Positions 13,373 to 35,900 of a DNA stretch of 64,000 nt are shown here, in pieces; the stretch's first letter is position 1, and each line of letters starts with the position of its first letter. The notes below the pieces were generated by a model, which saw only the letters and a list, made by a program, of their open reading frames with translations, was not told the DNA's origin and searched no databases. The translations under genes and the position numbers were made by a program. Origin of the DNA: Balanoglossus misakiensis (lineage: Eukaryota > Animalia > Hemichordata). Location: contig CM082587.2 in NCBI GenBank assembly GCA_040954595.2, positions 3,986,093 to 4,050,092 on the forward strand, given 5' to 3'.

Positions 13373-14707
13373 ATGATAGCAGACACTTTACTGATCGTGT
13401 TCATTTCTATTTGTACGGCTTTATTGGCCGAGGGTGGGTCATCATTGCACAATTATCACGTCAATTAATGTATATAAAAAGAGATATGATCACAAAACTA
13501 TTGAATACTCAGCGCTTATTTGAGATAGACGTGTGTACATGTACTAGTATCAGCTCCAATTTTACAACTGTACATTCTGTCGATCAGCAATGTTGAAGAA
13601 ATCTCGTTTGATCAACGCATTTGACCAATTTCCACACTTCTGTTTACAGGTATCACATACCTGCTGGTCTACAGAACAGAGAAGTACAAGAAGCTCAAGT
13701 CAGAAGTTGAAAAACAAAGCAAGAAATGTGAGTATGCTTCAGTTATGAAAAGGTGCAAAAACTAGGGGGGGGGGGTGTGCTAAATAATGAGTCACGTATT
13801 AAACATGGAGTGTTTCAGTTAGAGTCGTCAATATGTAATTGTCATTTCACTTTTTCAGTGGAGAGAACCAAGGAATATATTGGTGAAGCCAGTGACAAAG
13901 GACAGAAGAAAAAACTCGGTAAGTTCTTGTTTGATGTGAGAATGTAGGGTTCATTTCTTTGCAATCAGATAATAATAGTTGTTCTGGTAGAAGTGACCTC
14001 AGGTGTGTGGAAAAAAAATACTGGAAAGTAGTCAAAAATAATATAGGTACTGGTCCATTAATGTTATACTATTCTATTTTCCCCCAACAGAGCGACAAGA
14101 AGAAAAACTCAAGAATAATAACAGGGATTTGTCACTTGTAAAAATGAAATCAATGTTTGCCATAGGATTTGCCTTCACTGCACTTATGGGAATGTTTAAT
14201 TCAATGTAAGTCATAAACCATCGGTTTTGCTACTTTCTTTATAACCTGAAAAACTGTCCAAACGTGTCGGATATACATGTAGATAATTAGTGATCAGTAC
14301 ATGATATTCTTGATGAGTCAGTTTTATGTGTACTCTCTATTCCCAGATTCGATGGACGTGTTGTTGCGAAATTGCCATTTTTACCAATAACCTGGCTGCA
14401 GGGGCTCTCGCATCGTAATCTCCTGGGTGAAGATTACACGGACTGCTCATTCATATTCCTCTACATTCTGTGCACAATGTCCATCAGACAGGTATGTGAA
14501 GCTGGCGTCTGTTGTTTGAGGTTGTACCCCACACACGGCCTTTCCAAGATGCATTTCCATATAGTGAGAAAATTTTTAATAAACATTTTCTCCTTGCTTT
14601 TTTTCTGTGTGATGCAGAACATCCAGAAGCTGTTAGGATTCGCACCGTCCCGGGCAGCGAACAAGCAAGCAGGCAGTATGTGGGCACCACCAATTCAAAG
14701 CAAGTGA
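13373..14707 (+). CDS. TMCO1: TMCO1 (calcium load-activated channel / GEL complex subunit)
   Basis: Exons ~13373-13433 (MIADTLLIVFISICTALLAE), 13650-13727 (YRTEKYKKLKSEVEKQSKK), 13859-13918, 14091-14205 (NNNRDLSLVKMKSMFAIG), 14347-14491 (FDGRVVAKLPF..GLSHRNL.G.D.TDCSFIFLYILC), 14618-14707 (NIQKLLGFAPSRAA). Confidence 0.95.
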
Positions 14708-16078
14708 GAGAAAAAACCCAGATCATTGGTGCTGGACTCTACATCTCCATGGATTAGTCTCGTCTACTCACCAGGAAGGGGGGGGGGGCATTCTTCTTTC
14801 CAGTGATCTGTGGCAGCTAATTAAAATACTTGAATTTAAATTATATGCAAAAAACTGGATTTAACGACCCAGTTTGGTCGTCAGACTTGCTCAAATTTTG
14901 TAATTTTTTATTTGAATGTTCAACACCATATTATCCAATTTGCCAGTATGTGAACCTTGTCAGTGTTCATATGAAACAAAACTATTTGCAGTTTTATGTT
15001 TCTCCATTGAGGGCGCACTTTGTGATTTCTCCAGAGGTGGTAATTTCAATTTCATGTGTCAATGCTGGTTTTGTGAAATGTTGCCCCAACCCTGTACAAG
15101 CTCTCATTGCAATATTTGACAAATTACATTTTTACAAGAAAATGTTGAATGAATGGTGTAATAATGAATAAAGATTGTGAGGCTGATTATCATCATTGAC
15201 TTAGTTTGTCTTTTTTCATCCAGTCTTTATGTCCACTGAGGCCAATATGGCACATCATTGACACGCACTATCTATGACCCAAGAACAGTCAGTCAAAATA
15301 CAGAACAACAGTAGTTTTATTTGTGAAATTTCTTTCTGTGCACTGTTTCAAAATTTCTCTCAATATTTTAATACCTGACCGATATCCCCAGAAACTACAG
15401 AAAAATATGAAAAACACCCCATGGGTATCATCATTAAAACAAAAGCTATATTTATGACATTTTTGAAATATTTTTTTTTGTTAAACTACAGTAGTGATAA
15501 AACATGCACTACTATGATTGACAATTGTAGACAGAGGAATGTCTGTTTTTTTATTTTTAAATAATAAAAGGAAATAAACTCTTGAAAGCATAATATGACG
15601 ATCATAACCACATGCTTTGATGTCTGCATAAATAGTTTGGGTCCTTTTTAAAAAAAAATCAAAGTAGTGCACATATAGTGGTTGAAAAGGCAGCTCTTTG
15701 AACTAAGGAAATTTACACACCCTTGTACACCCCTCCAGTGTGGAACGACCCCATTGCTTGTCTTATGGCAGATGGGTTCACTTTGCAACAGGAGGGGGGG
15801 TGCAGTGACAACGCGAGATGCACAGCTAAAATGTGTCTTGAGATCAGATCGGAGGCAGGTGCTCTGCAGCAAGTTGTCTACAGTCTTGCCAGAAACGGTG
15901 TCGGCGGTAAGACGTAATTTCATCATTGTGTCACTCACACCAGGCACCTGAACCATGGTTTCGGTCTAATACCTTTGACAGTGAGAAGTCTGCAGTCCCT
16001 GCTTGTGAGAGACAACTGAACTAGACAGATGGCTGGCGAGTTTGACAGTTCAAGTTCCTCGGCTCGGTTACCATAGCG

Positions 16079-17396
16079 TCAGTGCTGAGCGTACTTGTAA
16101 ATGATGGGTACTGCAAGAGAAGTGTTTGACATGGGTCACAAATGCGTATACGACCATCATCATGGATAGGGACATGGTATAGTAATGACCAGCTGACAGC
16201 GTTGTTCAAATACTTACTGATAATCACCAACAATATCACCAGGACGACACAAACCAGCAACAGTCTCATCTGAGAGAGAGAGAGACAGAGAGAAAAGAGA
16301 AATGCAGGGTCAGTGGACAGTTACATTCTGCAATACTTGATCATAATCACATTGTTTCCTATTTAGTACTGTATAACCTACATGTATAGAGTGAGTCTTT
16401 ACACGTGACACACTGAGCGAGTTCAAGTTCAAGTTCACTTACCTTGCAAGCTTGCCACCACATGGCATTCTTCAGTCCCTTGGCGCTTACTTTAAAGTGG
16501 GTTGCGTTCAGTGACAGCTCCTCTGTGTTGTCAAATCAATATCAAGAAAGAACTGTCAATGTCTTGGTGCATGGTTACAGGTATATCACACATTTGCCTA
16601 ACACACAAGTGTCTAGCAAGTCTTGTTTTGATTTCAACATCAATCACTTTCAGAATATGCCCATAAATAACAATCTGTACCTGATTTCTCTTGTAGATCA
16701 TCCAGTTTGTCTCCCCTGTCTATAACTTTGCTGATGTTGTCCTGCATGATTCCGACCACTTCATCCACCTGACCCTGAACTCTGCAGGACAAAGCACAAA
16801 TGTTGCCATGGTTTTTGTGACCTGCACGCACATAATGACAAGGCAATGGTTGCTTTGGCTTGTTCATGCTGTACCTTGCATCACCTCAAAAACACACTGC
16901 CTGCCATGACACTGCTTATCACCCATATTGCAGATGTTACATGTACATGTACTGATTCCAGCAGTGGCCATATTTCTTTCTTCCAATGTACATATTATTT
17001 ATGAAAGATCAAATTCTTGTGTGTAGGTAATTTGAAACTCTATGAATGCTCATCGAAACCCTCATACATGTACATGTACACTGCCCAGCATGTTCAGTAC
17101 TCACTGAGCAATGTTATCATTTCTTCTGTTTATTGACCGAGGCAGCAAATCTTCATCATCTGGGTCATCATGATAGTCATCTAAGAGACTCCTCTGAAAA
17201 GAGAAATAAGAGGGTCTGTATTTTACCAAGAAATCTCTTATGGGAGATAGTGTTTATGTCCAGACCACTGTAGAGGCTTGACTGCTAACACCGTTCACAC
17301 AAGCTGAACTATGTTATGTTTTTGACCTACCCTCTCTGGTGGTTTGGATCGCAGGTAATCACCGTCGTCGAGATGCCGCTTGAATTTTGGCGGCAT
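16079..17396 (-). CDS. VAMP4: Vesicle-associated membrane protein 4
   Basis: Starts MPPKFKRHL, as in vertebrate VAMP4. Dileucine/acidic cluster RRSLLDDYHDDPDDED (17193-17105), R-SNARE motif VDEVVGIMQDNISKVIDRGDKLDDL (16781-16681), MWWQACK exon, TM exon 16270-16218, last exon 16110-16079 (IPIIYKYAQH*). Confidence 0.92.
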
Positions 17397-18508
17397 GGCG
17401 CAGTGGAGAAAGTCGTGGCACAAACACAGGCCACGTCAGGCGCAATGATATTTCCCTTTGCTCAGGCAAGCCACTAGCAAGTTTTCAGTGGCATGTGTTG
17501 AAACGATGATTGGAGCTAATGACGACACTGTGCACAGTCAAATCTCTCCACTTCCTGTCTCATACACTGGGAGTTTTAGTATTATTTGCCACCGATATCA
17601 AACTGATGGAGTCCGAAAAATATCGCCATACAAGGGTGGAAACGTAGAAAAGAGCAAATAAATACAAATAAAGGCCGGAAAAGCTAATAAATACAAACAG
17701 AACGGACGACGAAACCCACACTACCACAAACTGAAACAAACAAGGGCAGACGGAATCACCCTGACCCTTGAACCCAATGCTTGACACGTAACGTAGAGGG
17801 CGCCACCAATCTGTCTGGTCTGTTTCCCAGGCTGAGATTAATAAAGTTGGTCATTGAAATGTTAGAGATTGGCTACGCAATAAAGCGCACCCACCGTCAA
17901 ATAAATGATTGGGACTAGAATATACTGACAATACCCCTCCCCGCCGACACTTGCAGCTGGCTGCGTTGTGGTCACGGAAAAGCACATCAAACCAGACGAA
18001 CCACATCGTGTGTGATACCGTGACGTTGGCTTGTTGGCAGGGGATCAACCGGTATAAGGTGTGAGAAATTTATGCTGCAGTGAAGGTTATAATTAATGCT
18101 AGGCCAGATTTGGACTAACACATAGATTGCCCAATATATAGAGGTAGCATGCAGAAAGAGAACGAAATTTGATGGAATGAGATGAGATTGAATGGGATTG
18201 GCGTGTGATTTAACAATTGAAAGTGTAATACTTTACTTTTTGGTGATCAATCCGTGGATTTGAGTGCCTGCAAACCCCATTTACATATAATCTGGCATAA
18301 CTGCAGGTGATACGCCAGTTACTTGGGTCACGTGATCATACAAGTCTACTTATGCACTTGTTTGGCATTTTATTGCAAATGGGACTTTCTGGTACCTGGA
18401 TAAGATGTGGGTGCGACCATCGTAGGATTGATAGAATCGTCAAAGGGGTCCTTCCAGCTTTTCGCTGTCGATTGCAAGGAAAACGTGTTCTCCATTAACC
18501 TGGAAAAA

Positions 18509-26150
<7,642 letters not shown>

Positions 26151-29100
26151 TCTCGCCCCCCCCCCCCCCTTTGCGTGAACATCTTTACCTAATTACAATT
26201 ACATGAAACACCTGTCAAAAGTTAAACCAAGTATGCGATATTCTGTATATTTCCAATGACTCGTTTCATATACGAACGACTGAGTCTAGCCGTAGGGAAA
26301 TTAGGCTTTGATCGAGGCTACTATTGTAAAATAAATCAATCCAAATTTAAAATGCAAGAATCTGTTATCCCAAATTGTCTTTTGAATCTCGAGCTACGTA
26401 CTAAGTCATATGTTTCTAGGTTTAGGCAAATGAGATTTTTTAGTTATAACAATAAACGGAGTATATACCTAACAACCATGGCAGCACCGTAGCGACCACA
26501 AAATGCCAATAACTTTGATAAAAGTGAAGATTGTTATAAGCATGTACAGACTTGTCGTTGGTTTCCTTATTTTTTTACTCAGATATACTTCTGGATTCTT
26601 CAAGTTGTCTACTTATTGTTTGTGTTTGCTTTCTCGTACCCCCTCGCCTTTGTTTTGTGGCTTTATTCTACTCGAGTAAACAAGAACAGTATAAAATTGT
26701 AGGAATCTAGGTCACAACCAAGTGAACTATCCCCACGAACAACATCATCTTGTCGAAATACAAGTACTATTATCCGTAACAGAAAATAGTCAAATTATGA
26801 TTTATTGCCGAATATACATTCTAGTACACTGTATACGATGGATGGTTCAGGATAATTTTATAATAAAATCTTATTGTCGCCGGACATTTCCGCGTCTTTC
26901 ATTTTAATTTTGAGCTTTCTCCTGTTTTATTTTTAACCACTGCGAGATCATTAATCAGTCAACTGAAGTAGTACAAGAGGAACGAAAACAAGGTTGTAAA
27001 ACCTACGCCATGCATACCACATTCGCGGTTGGACACGACATAACAGGAGGTTTCGTGACTTCTGCAACCTCTCAGTTTTTTTTTCTAGCGAATTCTAGAG
27101 CTTGCTATCAAACGGCCATTCGTCACAATTAAAGGCACTATTTATGGTCGAGCTACGAGAGTTGCCCTGCTTTTCATCGATTGCATAGTTTAAGCTTGTC
27201 CTGATCCGTCGGCTGAAATGTTTCCGGATACTGGACCAGGCGACAGCGCTGAGGGCGCCTACACTGCAATGAGAATCTCCCCGACGAATTAGACAACCTC
27301 ACAATGTATTTTGTAGGAGTTTGTTCATGTTGACTTTTTTTTTTTTTTTCAAATGTAACAAAGTATTTTCGTTCACACTGTTCTAATACTAGCCATAAGC
27401 AAGGTAATAACGGCTTTTTATTGAGTATTTAATCACTTTCTTGTACACAAATTCAAAAATATTCATTAAAACGCCCATACATACAATATACATGTGTATG
27501 CAGCAGTTATAGTGACTGTGTGAACTGATTGTGTCATGCTGTGAAATAATGTATTCAAAATTATTGCTAAACCTACGTTGTGCAATACTACATCACAGTG
27601 TCTTTCACTCAATATCTGAGTCTTTGTTGATCTGACTGGAAGGAAGGAATTTTAATTAATTACCGACTTGCTGTCACTACTGGTTTCAAATGTAAGAATG
27701 GCAAAGCTATTGCTGCTCCAATAGCATCTTGTGCCCAATAGAGTGAGCCTACATGAGTGCGTCACACAACAGATTCGCTATATTACACTAGACTTCTCAG
27801 GGATGGGATGCTAGTGAGACTCAAGACACTGAATGTTAATGGGAGGTAAAAAAAGCTGATAGCTTAGGTGGTTTTCATTTGATGCTCCCCTAGCACAGCC
27901 GGCATTTGCGTAGAATTCAACTTTGCTAAACCAGTATGTAACCTTGTGAATAATATTGCATAGAGTGTACAAAACAAGTCAAACATTTTCAATATATACA
28001 AGATGCACACAACAAGGGCAATAATAAATATCTCACACCAGAGGTCAATAAATATAAATGCAAACCAGGAGAGGTCAATAAACACCTGAGGGGGGGGGGG
28101 GGTCATTATAAAATATCACACACACCAGAAGTTATCAAGATTCAATAAATAAAAATCCAGCAGTGGTCATTATATAAATCTTCTTGCTATGAATTATGAA
28201 TTGAAAAACAAGAATATGTATCTTGTTACATAGATATGCATACTCATTTAAGTTTCTTGACTACACAACCATTAAAAAGCAAAATGTTATGTTAGAAAAA
28301 AATAGAGCACCCTTCATCCATGATATGTACACATGAAGTAGACCAATATATGATACACCAAAGGAGAGTCATGATGCAGTGATTGTAAAAACTGTCAAAT
28401 TTAAGAGAGAAATTTTATCATATTCAAAATGTATACCTGATAGTCAATTGGAAAAGTTATAGCATAATTGTAATATTTGGTTTGTTTTACAAAATCAGAT
28501 TCTTTTGAAACATGAATTACACAGAAACAATCATATAACACCTTCCCTCTACTACTTTACATTGTCACTTTCTGTTATTGAAAAATAATTTGATGCACTT
28601 GCAAGTTCTGTTGTGTATAAAAAAACTGGCTATGAATACTTGCTACTATTCTGCAAAGGTTTTACTAATGAGTGGTGGTGGGTAAAAAATCTGAATCCCT
28701 CTGATACATTATAAAATAATGGCATTAATTTTGATTATACAACTTTTCTACATGTTTTGTGAGATGTTGTCAACCCGGCTTGGAAGAAAACTTGAGTGAC
28801 ATCATAGGTCACCAGGGGTCAGAGTTCAAAGGGTCAAACACTTCATTCTTGTGCAGAAAATGGGTCAGCAATTTCTTGCCATGTTGTGGTTTCCTTGTGT
28901 ATCTAGCCTGCCTTTTCATGGCTTTGATTCAATAACAGGCTTACCTAGCATCACCTAGCCACCAATTAACCACTAGCTGGTGTATTTTGCAAACTTGCAT
29001 GACCCGAGACCTGAGCAAAAAAGAGAATTTCTTTGAGAGAAGTTCTTTGGTAATGGCAAGCCAGTACTGAGCACCTGTGATAACTAGCAAGTAGGATGAC

Positions 29101-29983
29101 AGGATTTTATCTCTTGAAATACTTCAAAACTTTGTGAAGCTGACAAAAGAGACATGTAGTTTGAAAATTTCGTGAAAATGTCAAGAAGTATGACCATGTA
29201 CCTTGATGAAACCTGGCAACTGTGAGAAGTTTAGCACTAGATGATAGAAAAATATTGCAAGACATCTAACATATTCCCCAAAGCAACGCATGATATGTAT
29301 CACTTCTCACCTAAATCTGAGTCGTTCAGTGGGGAAAATAACTATGATTTTCAAAAAAAATAATTAAGGCACTTTAGTTCATTGTGGAAGACTATAAGTT
29401 GCTGAGACAGGTTGGTGCTGCTGTACCAGACTTTAAATCTACAGACAGCAGGGTTTTTTTTCCGCGCGATGAGGGACACAGGTCTGAGATGGGTGGTGAA
29501 TAAAATGGCAAGCAAAACGCGTGGTCCCTTTACATTTATCGGAGATTTGAAAATGGAACACACACAAAAAATCAGATTGGATACAACAAAATGGACAGGT
29601 CAGCCAATCAGCATTGGTGTAATAAAACTCACTAAATATTCCATCACATGACTATCATAAAAACCATCCTGGTTATTGGTGCAATAGACTCATGTGACCT
29701 CCATGATCAGCAGAAATTAAAATTATCAGCATGGAGTCTAATGGAAAGCATTCATAATGAAATCATAGAGGTTTATAATTATATTGGAATTCATGCAGCC
29801 CAAGAATTACTCTTTTGATGTTCTCTTGAAAAGATAAGTTATTGCACTTTGTTAACTTAGATTTTGCGACTATTGCATCCATCCATGCAAGTCATCCACC
29901 CCTACAATTTCTGCATGGGATGCTCCTTCACTGTCCATAGGGTGACAGCATTAGGTTGGCAGGGGTGTTCTCCTCCGACTGGG

Positions 29984-32900
29984 TTAATCCGAGGTGACTC
30001 TGAAGCTTTCGAGGGATTCCAGCTGTGATTGCAGCGAGTCGACCTCGGCTCTAGTCCTCGCCAACCACTCGTCCTGTTCGTCGACCGCCGCGCTGAGGGC
30101 GGTCATGGCTGCCGCCAGATTAGCCTCCGTGAACGTCACACGGTCGGCGTTGATCTGCTCCTGGTACGCGGCCAGCTGCGAGGTGTCGATTGCCCCGATG
30201 TTGCCCAGATCAGCGAGCAACTGGTCCAGGTCGGTTCCGGTCTCCTGGGTCATGGTGAGGGCCTGGGACGAGAGCGTCGTCGCCTGATTGACCGTCTGAT
30301 CCAGCGGGAACAGCATGTCGTTCAGAGCCTCGCACGCAGCCCGACTGGGGAAGACTTGCGTTTCGTTGATGGTGCTCACTGAGCTGACCACGGTGCCTGT
30401 GTCGGTCAGTTTACTCGCCGCTTCTTCAGCCAGCAGGAGGGCGAGGTCATTTACTGGAATTACACCCTGAAAACGAGTGACACAAACTTTAATCTTTCTA
30501 CAATAAGCGTTGCATTCATCAATATGTATGTATTTGCACTATATCTTCAGTGTCTGTTTGACAGAAAACACAGTCATTGCAGTGGACAGAGTAATATTCC
30601 AGACCTGGAGACCAAAAGTAGCATACCAAATCACATTCAAATCTAGACTACTTTCCTCACTTCTTCAATAGAGCAAAAAAAAATTAATAACAATATAATG
30701 GCTCGCCATACAACCAAATAATCACAAACATTTCATCGCCTGAGATTCAAAATGGCTGCCAAGCTTTTTTACCTGTCTTTCCTCTTCAGCCATTGCCAAC
30801 GCCTCCCTAGCAACAGCCAGAGATTCATCGGCATGTCCTTTGGTGTCTGCTAGTCCTGTCTGGATTGCGTTGGCTTCCAGTTTGGCACTGTTGCTAAGCT
30901 CTTCCACTGCTGCCACTGTGCTCAGAGCCTCGTTTGCTGTCTCTTCCACACCTAGGATAGAAAGAGGTGATTTGGATGAGAATGACATGCAAGACATACC
31001 AACATAAACAGTTTAGAAAAGGTGGCATTGAGGCCCTCATAGACTTAGCTTTCCAAAGCCCCAACTGTAGAATCTTCTATGGCTGCTTCCAAAAGGTTAC
31101 ATTTTGTGATCATGAGAAGTATCTATCTGCTTGTTAGCACAACCTCAGATGTCTCAGAAGCAGTGTTTAACTACAACAAAACTTACTGGCGACAATATCG
31201 TCGAAATTCTGCAGTGTGGTCAGCATCTCATCTGCAGCTGCAAACGCCTGCGACGACAGTTCCTGGGCGGCACTACTCTGAGCGTGTGCGGTCACAGATC
31301 TCTGGTACTGACTGTCGACATCCTCCACGGTGGAGCTTATGTCGGCCAGCACCACTTCCGTCGTGTTCCCAGCATCCTCCACTTCTGCCACAGTGGCGAG
31401 ACTGTCTTCAAGCGCTCCGACAGCCTGCATTGTGGGGGAAGAATTTGCCGATAAGTGATCCTTGGTCGACTGAATTCACTGTCTTTCATTTCATTGACTT
31501 CAGTAAAAGCAAACACATTCTTATCAATTTCCATGTAGTGAAAATAACACAGCATGATCTGTGCTCGGGTGAAGTAATGTTGACTACCTGAGTCTCTATG
31601 GCCCCGCTTTGCGCGATCTTCACCAACGCAGTGTTGGCCAGGCCAACGATATCGGTTCCTGCGTTCTCATTGGGTGTCTGGGCTTGCAAGAGGGCGGCGT
31701 CGGCACTGTCGCTTGTGGTCTGCGCTTTGTTGAGGATATCGGCCGCCTGGGCGTCCAGCTCCTCACTCGTGATGCGCACGCGGGTTGCCGTGGTGACAAG
31801 GTCGGAGACGCGGTTGGTGGTGTTGTCGTGCATCAGTTGGGCTTCTTGCGCAGTCTGTCAGACGAGAATCAGTTGTCATTTTTAGCAGCATTCATTTTTC
31901 TCCGAAAATATGAATACTTAAACTACAACTTTCAGGTACCATAATAGCTAATACAGTTCTTTTACACAACATATCTGCCCAGCGCCAAACACGGACCTAA
32001 CCAACAGTACTGTATCACCCTCAGCACTTACCTGTAGTGCGTAGGTCACAGCTTGCCTTGCAGAATTCGTCATCGTTGTCATGCTCTCGACTTCTGCTTC
32101 GAGACTGCCCACGTCGGTTATTGCGGTGTCCGTGGCTTGTCTCATCTGCGTCTGTAGCGATGCCAGATCGAGTTGCAATGCCTGCAGCTGCACCTGGGCC
32201 TGCTCAAGGGCACCTGGAATTCAAATGAACAAAAGTCAAGCATCTTCCAGGATGTGGTGGGGGTCAAATCCTTTGTGTATGAAGTCTCAGGTACTGACCA
32301 CTCAACTTCATCTCGTGATCAAAATCGCAAAGACAATCCCCCCGAATTACACAACTCACCACTAGTCAGAGTCACATACGCATCTGTGATTCTCTGATCG
32401 GTCACCTCCATCGCTTCCTGAGCGACTGCAACGTTTTCGTCCGCCTGGTCAACTTTCACCTCTGAACTGTTGACCCCTTCCCTGATGTCGGTTTCCAAGG
32501 TGGTCAGTAGCACCTGCATGGTGCTGTTCAGGGACGCAATCCTATTGCCCAAGTCTAATTCTTCAGTCACAGCCGAGTTTATCTGTGAATACGTACATAA
32601 AAACTCAATTCTTGAATTTCAAAGCTAAATTTACAAGTGAAATCATGAACGCAAAAACTGGCAGTTCGAGGAGCTTTTAACTGTCTGCAAATTACAAATC
32701 CGAAAATAAACACACATTAGCTTCGAAAAAAAGACATCCAGTACGGACAGTGCGTCTCTGATGCATAGTACAGACAATGCATCTTTATTGCATACCACTT
32801 CCTCGGCTAGACTTCATAATAGCGCTATTTTACACTTACACTTTCAACCAATGTCATCATCTCACTGTAGGCTTCCTCTAACCGGATGTAAAATTGCCCC

Positions 32901-35900
32901 AACTCAGTCGAGTTGTCTTGAGTGCTAAGATACTCCAAAAATTCTGTCAAGTTAGCCGTCTGCTCCCTCAGGTTAGTCATTTCTTCATCTATTACATTGT
33001 AGCAGTCATCGCACACTGTATGGAGTTGAAAATTCCAGATTAGTATTTTTCAAATCGACAATATCAATCAATTAATCACAAATGAATGACAAAGTGACTT
33101 AAATTCTCCAGTATTTTATGACAATTCGGAAGATCATTCGCTCAGAGGTAGTTTAAAATAAAATCAATTGGAAAGGATTTTTTTCCCGGGAATGTTTCTA
33201 CTTACCAACACATCCTATGGGCCAGTCATAGTAGTTGTCTTTACATTTATCACACTGCACGCCGCCATAGTCACCAGTACAGGGGCACTGTCCACTGTCG
33301 TTGTCGCACTGTGTTTCTCCTCCTGATCCAGTGGTGTTGCAATTACACGCTACAAACAGAACACAGCTTGTCAGAATTTCAGCCTACATTCTCTACAATT
33401 CTTGATCAAAATTTGAAGGAAAAAGTTATGGATAAAGCTGTGAGGGTCAATTTTATTTTATTATAAAGATGGCGACAAGTTGACTATCACGATCGATGCT
33501 AAAAAAAAAACTTACGGGCACAAGCACCGTCGAAGAGATCAGTGCCGAAGCCATAGTAGTCCTCGATGCAGCGATCACAGTCTGGCGTCTTGACGTTTTC
33601 CTTGCAGTCCTGGCAGAAGTCTCCCGTAGATCCGGAGGAACATCCCGAGCAGACGCCCGTGTCCTGATCGCAGTCTGTAGCACGTTGATCGGTTGGCGGG
33701 TTCGGATCGGTGGGAACAATGGGAGGGCATTCACACGGAACACAAGTACTGTACGGGCCCATAGCGGGTGTCACTCTCTTGTAGCCGGTCTCGCACTGCC
33801 CACAGGAATTCCCTGAAACCAAAATTCAACCAAAAATATGAACATTCGTGTCGAATAGTGTTGAAAAATTCCACATCATGGGACTTTTCTGTCGACCTCT
33901 TAATAACTCTGCTTTCATCGTCCATTATCTGAGACAACTTACCATCAACGCGGGCCGACTCAGGACATGTACACATCTCCACACTTGTGGAGAACACCGT
34001 TCCATTGGCAGGATTTTCAATGGGTACTGATGTATCCATCGAAACAGATGTAAACATTGCCATTACGCCGGTGTCAAAGGTCGCCCTAATCTTGATACTG
34101 CTGATGTCAGCAAGTATACCTGGTGAGAAAGAAGCACCCATTTTTAAAATTATGATATTTAATTTAAATAATACATCCATAAGTACATACAGAAATTATG
34201 TCTACTTTATAGGATAAGATCACTGGAATAGGTGCGAATCTCCTACACAAAGCAAGTCCCCCCAGAGCAATGAGAAGTAAAGTGCCTTGCTCAACAAAAT
34301 GGCTCCATGTAAAAATATTCACTAAGTCAATGAAAGGGTATGATGAACTGAGAACCATACCACACATGTACCACTTACCTTGAAAATCCTGCAGTTGTAT
34401 GGGTAAATTGGTCTGCATATCCATCCACTGTGTCTCATGCAGCAAAATTTCAAACGTTGTCGGGGTGTAGGTCAAGTTGAAGGGATCTCCGTCGTAAACC
34501 ATGGCGGCGCTGAAGTTCCTGCCCTCGATGATGACGGCCTGCTCGACCACAGACAGTGTAGGGCCCGATATGGTGTACGCTGAGTAGGTCAGGTACTGTG
34601 CGTACGAACTCAGCTTGGCGCCGAGATACTTGTTTGGGGCCACCAGGTGCACAGTGTCAGTTGCCGTGCCGACAGGAACAACCATTCCGGATTGCGTCGT
34701 GGCGAACACAGGTTCCGTGGCAGACCATCCGTCTTCCCTGGAAGATTGAACAAAGTGACGGCGAAATTTGAGTAGGAGTCACACGACTTTTCTTAGCACA
34801 GGGAACTGCCTGAATTAGATGCACTATAAATTAGTAAATCAATGACTCGCAAAACTATGTTTCTAACATTGTCGGGGGCTTCTGTCTGAGCATCTAACTA
34901 AGTTACTAGCTGGTATATCTGAAGATTTCAAGAGCAAGAAAAGAAGTATCTGCATACCTGGAAGATGTGAAATCACTGCTTAGCTGGGCCGACACAAAGT
35001 TCTCAGCATGCGTACAGTCAGATGTGTGCATGAAGCAGTAACATCGTTGGCAGCCATCGGGGTTGGACGCTTGCAGGTTGTACGTCTGGCTTACACACGT
35101 ATCACACTTGTCTCCCACCACATTGGTCTTGCAGGGACACACACCGTCATCTGTGCTACAGGTGTTGCCCATTGAGCCGGCCGAATTACAGCTGCACTCC
35201 CTGGAGAAATCGACCAAAGAAAGAAAGAATTATTCCCAATTTCTTTTCATACAATACCAGGTGCCTTCCTTCCCCAAACTTTGCCATGAGATGGCATTAA
35301 ATGAAAATTTACTGAAGAAAGGTGTATATTATATACACAAAATATATCCATGTATGTATTCACCCTACACATGACCAGCCACGAACATATAAACAACAGA
35401 AAGTGTGCAGGAATAAATATGGTCACACACACACACACACAACATATAGCCATATACATGTACGACACTCACTGGCACCCGTCTGCGGAGAACTTGAAGA
35501 ATCCCGCCTGACAAGCGTCGCACTTCTGGCCGTTGATGGTCTCCTTACAGACGCAATCGCCCTGATTATCGCACTGCAGAGACGCCGAGCCATCTGTGTT
35601 GCAACCGCACGCCGAACAACCCTCGCCACTGTCGAATCCATAGTTGTCGGCCTGGCACACGTCGCACTGGAGGCCGGCCGTCCCTCCGAAAAAGTCGACC
35701 ATGCCGCTGCTGGCCACGCCCGCCTTGCATGGGCACTGGCCGGTCTCAAAGTCGCACACCAGATTCGTAGAGCCAGTGTCATTGCAGTTGCAAGCTGAAA
35801 AGAGGATACCGTGATTTTGTACATCTTTTTAAACTTTATTTTAATTTCAATAATATTCTCCCAACACCTAATTTCTCAATCCCGACAACTGCTGTGAAAC

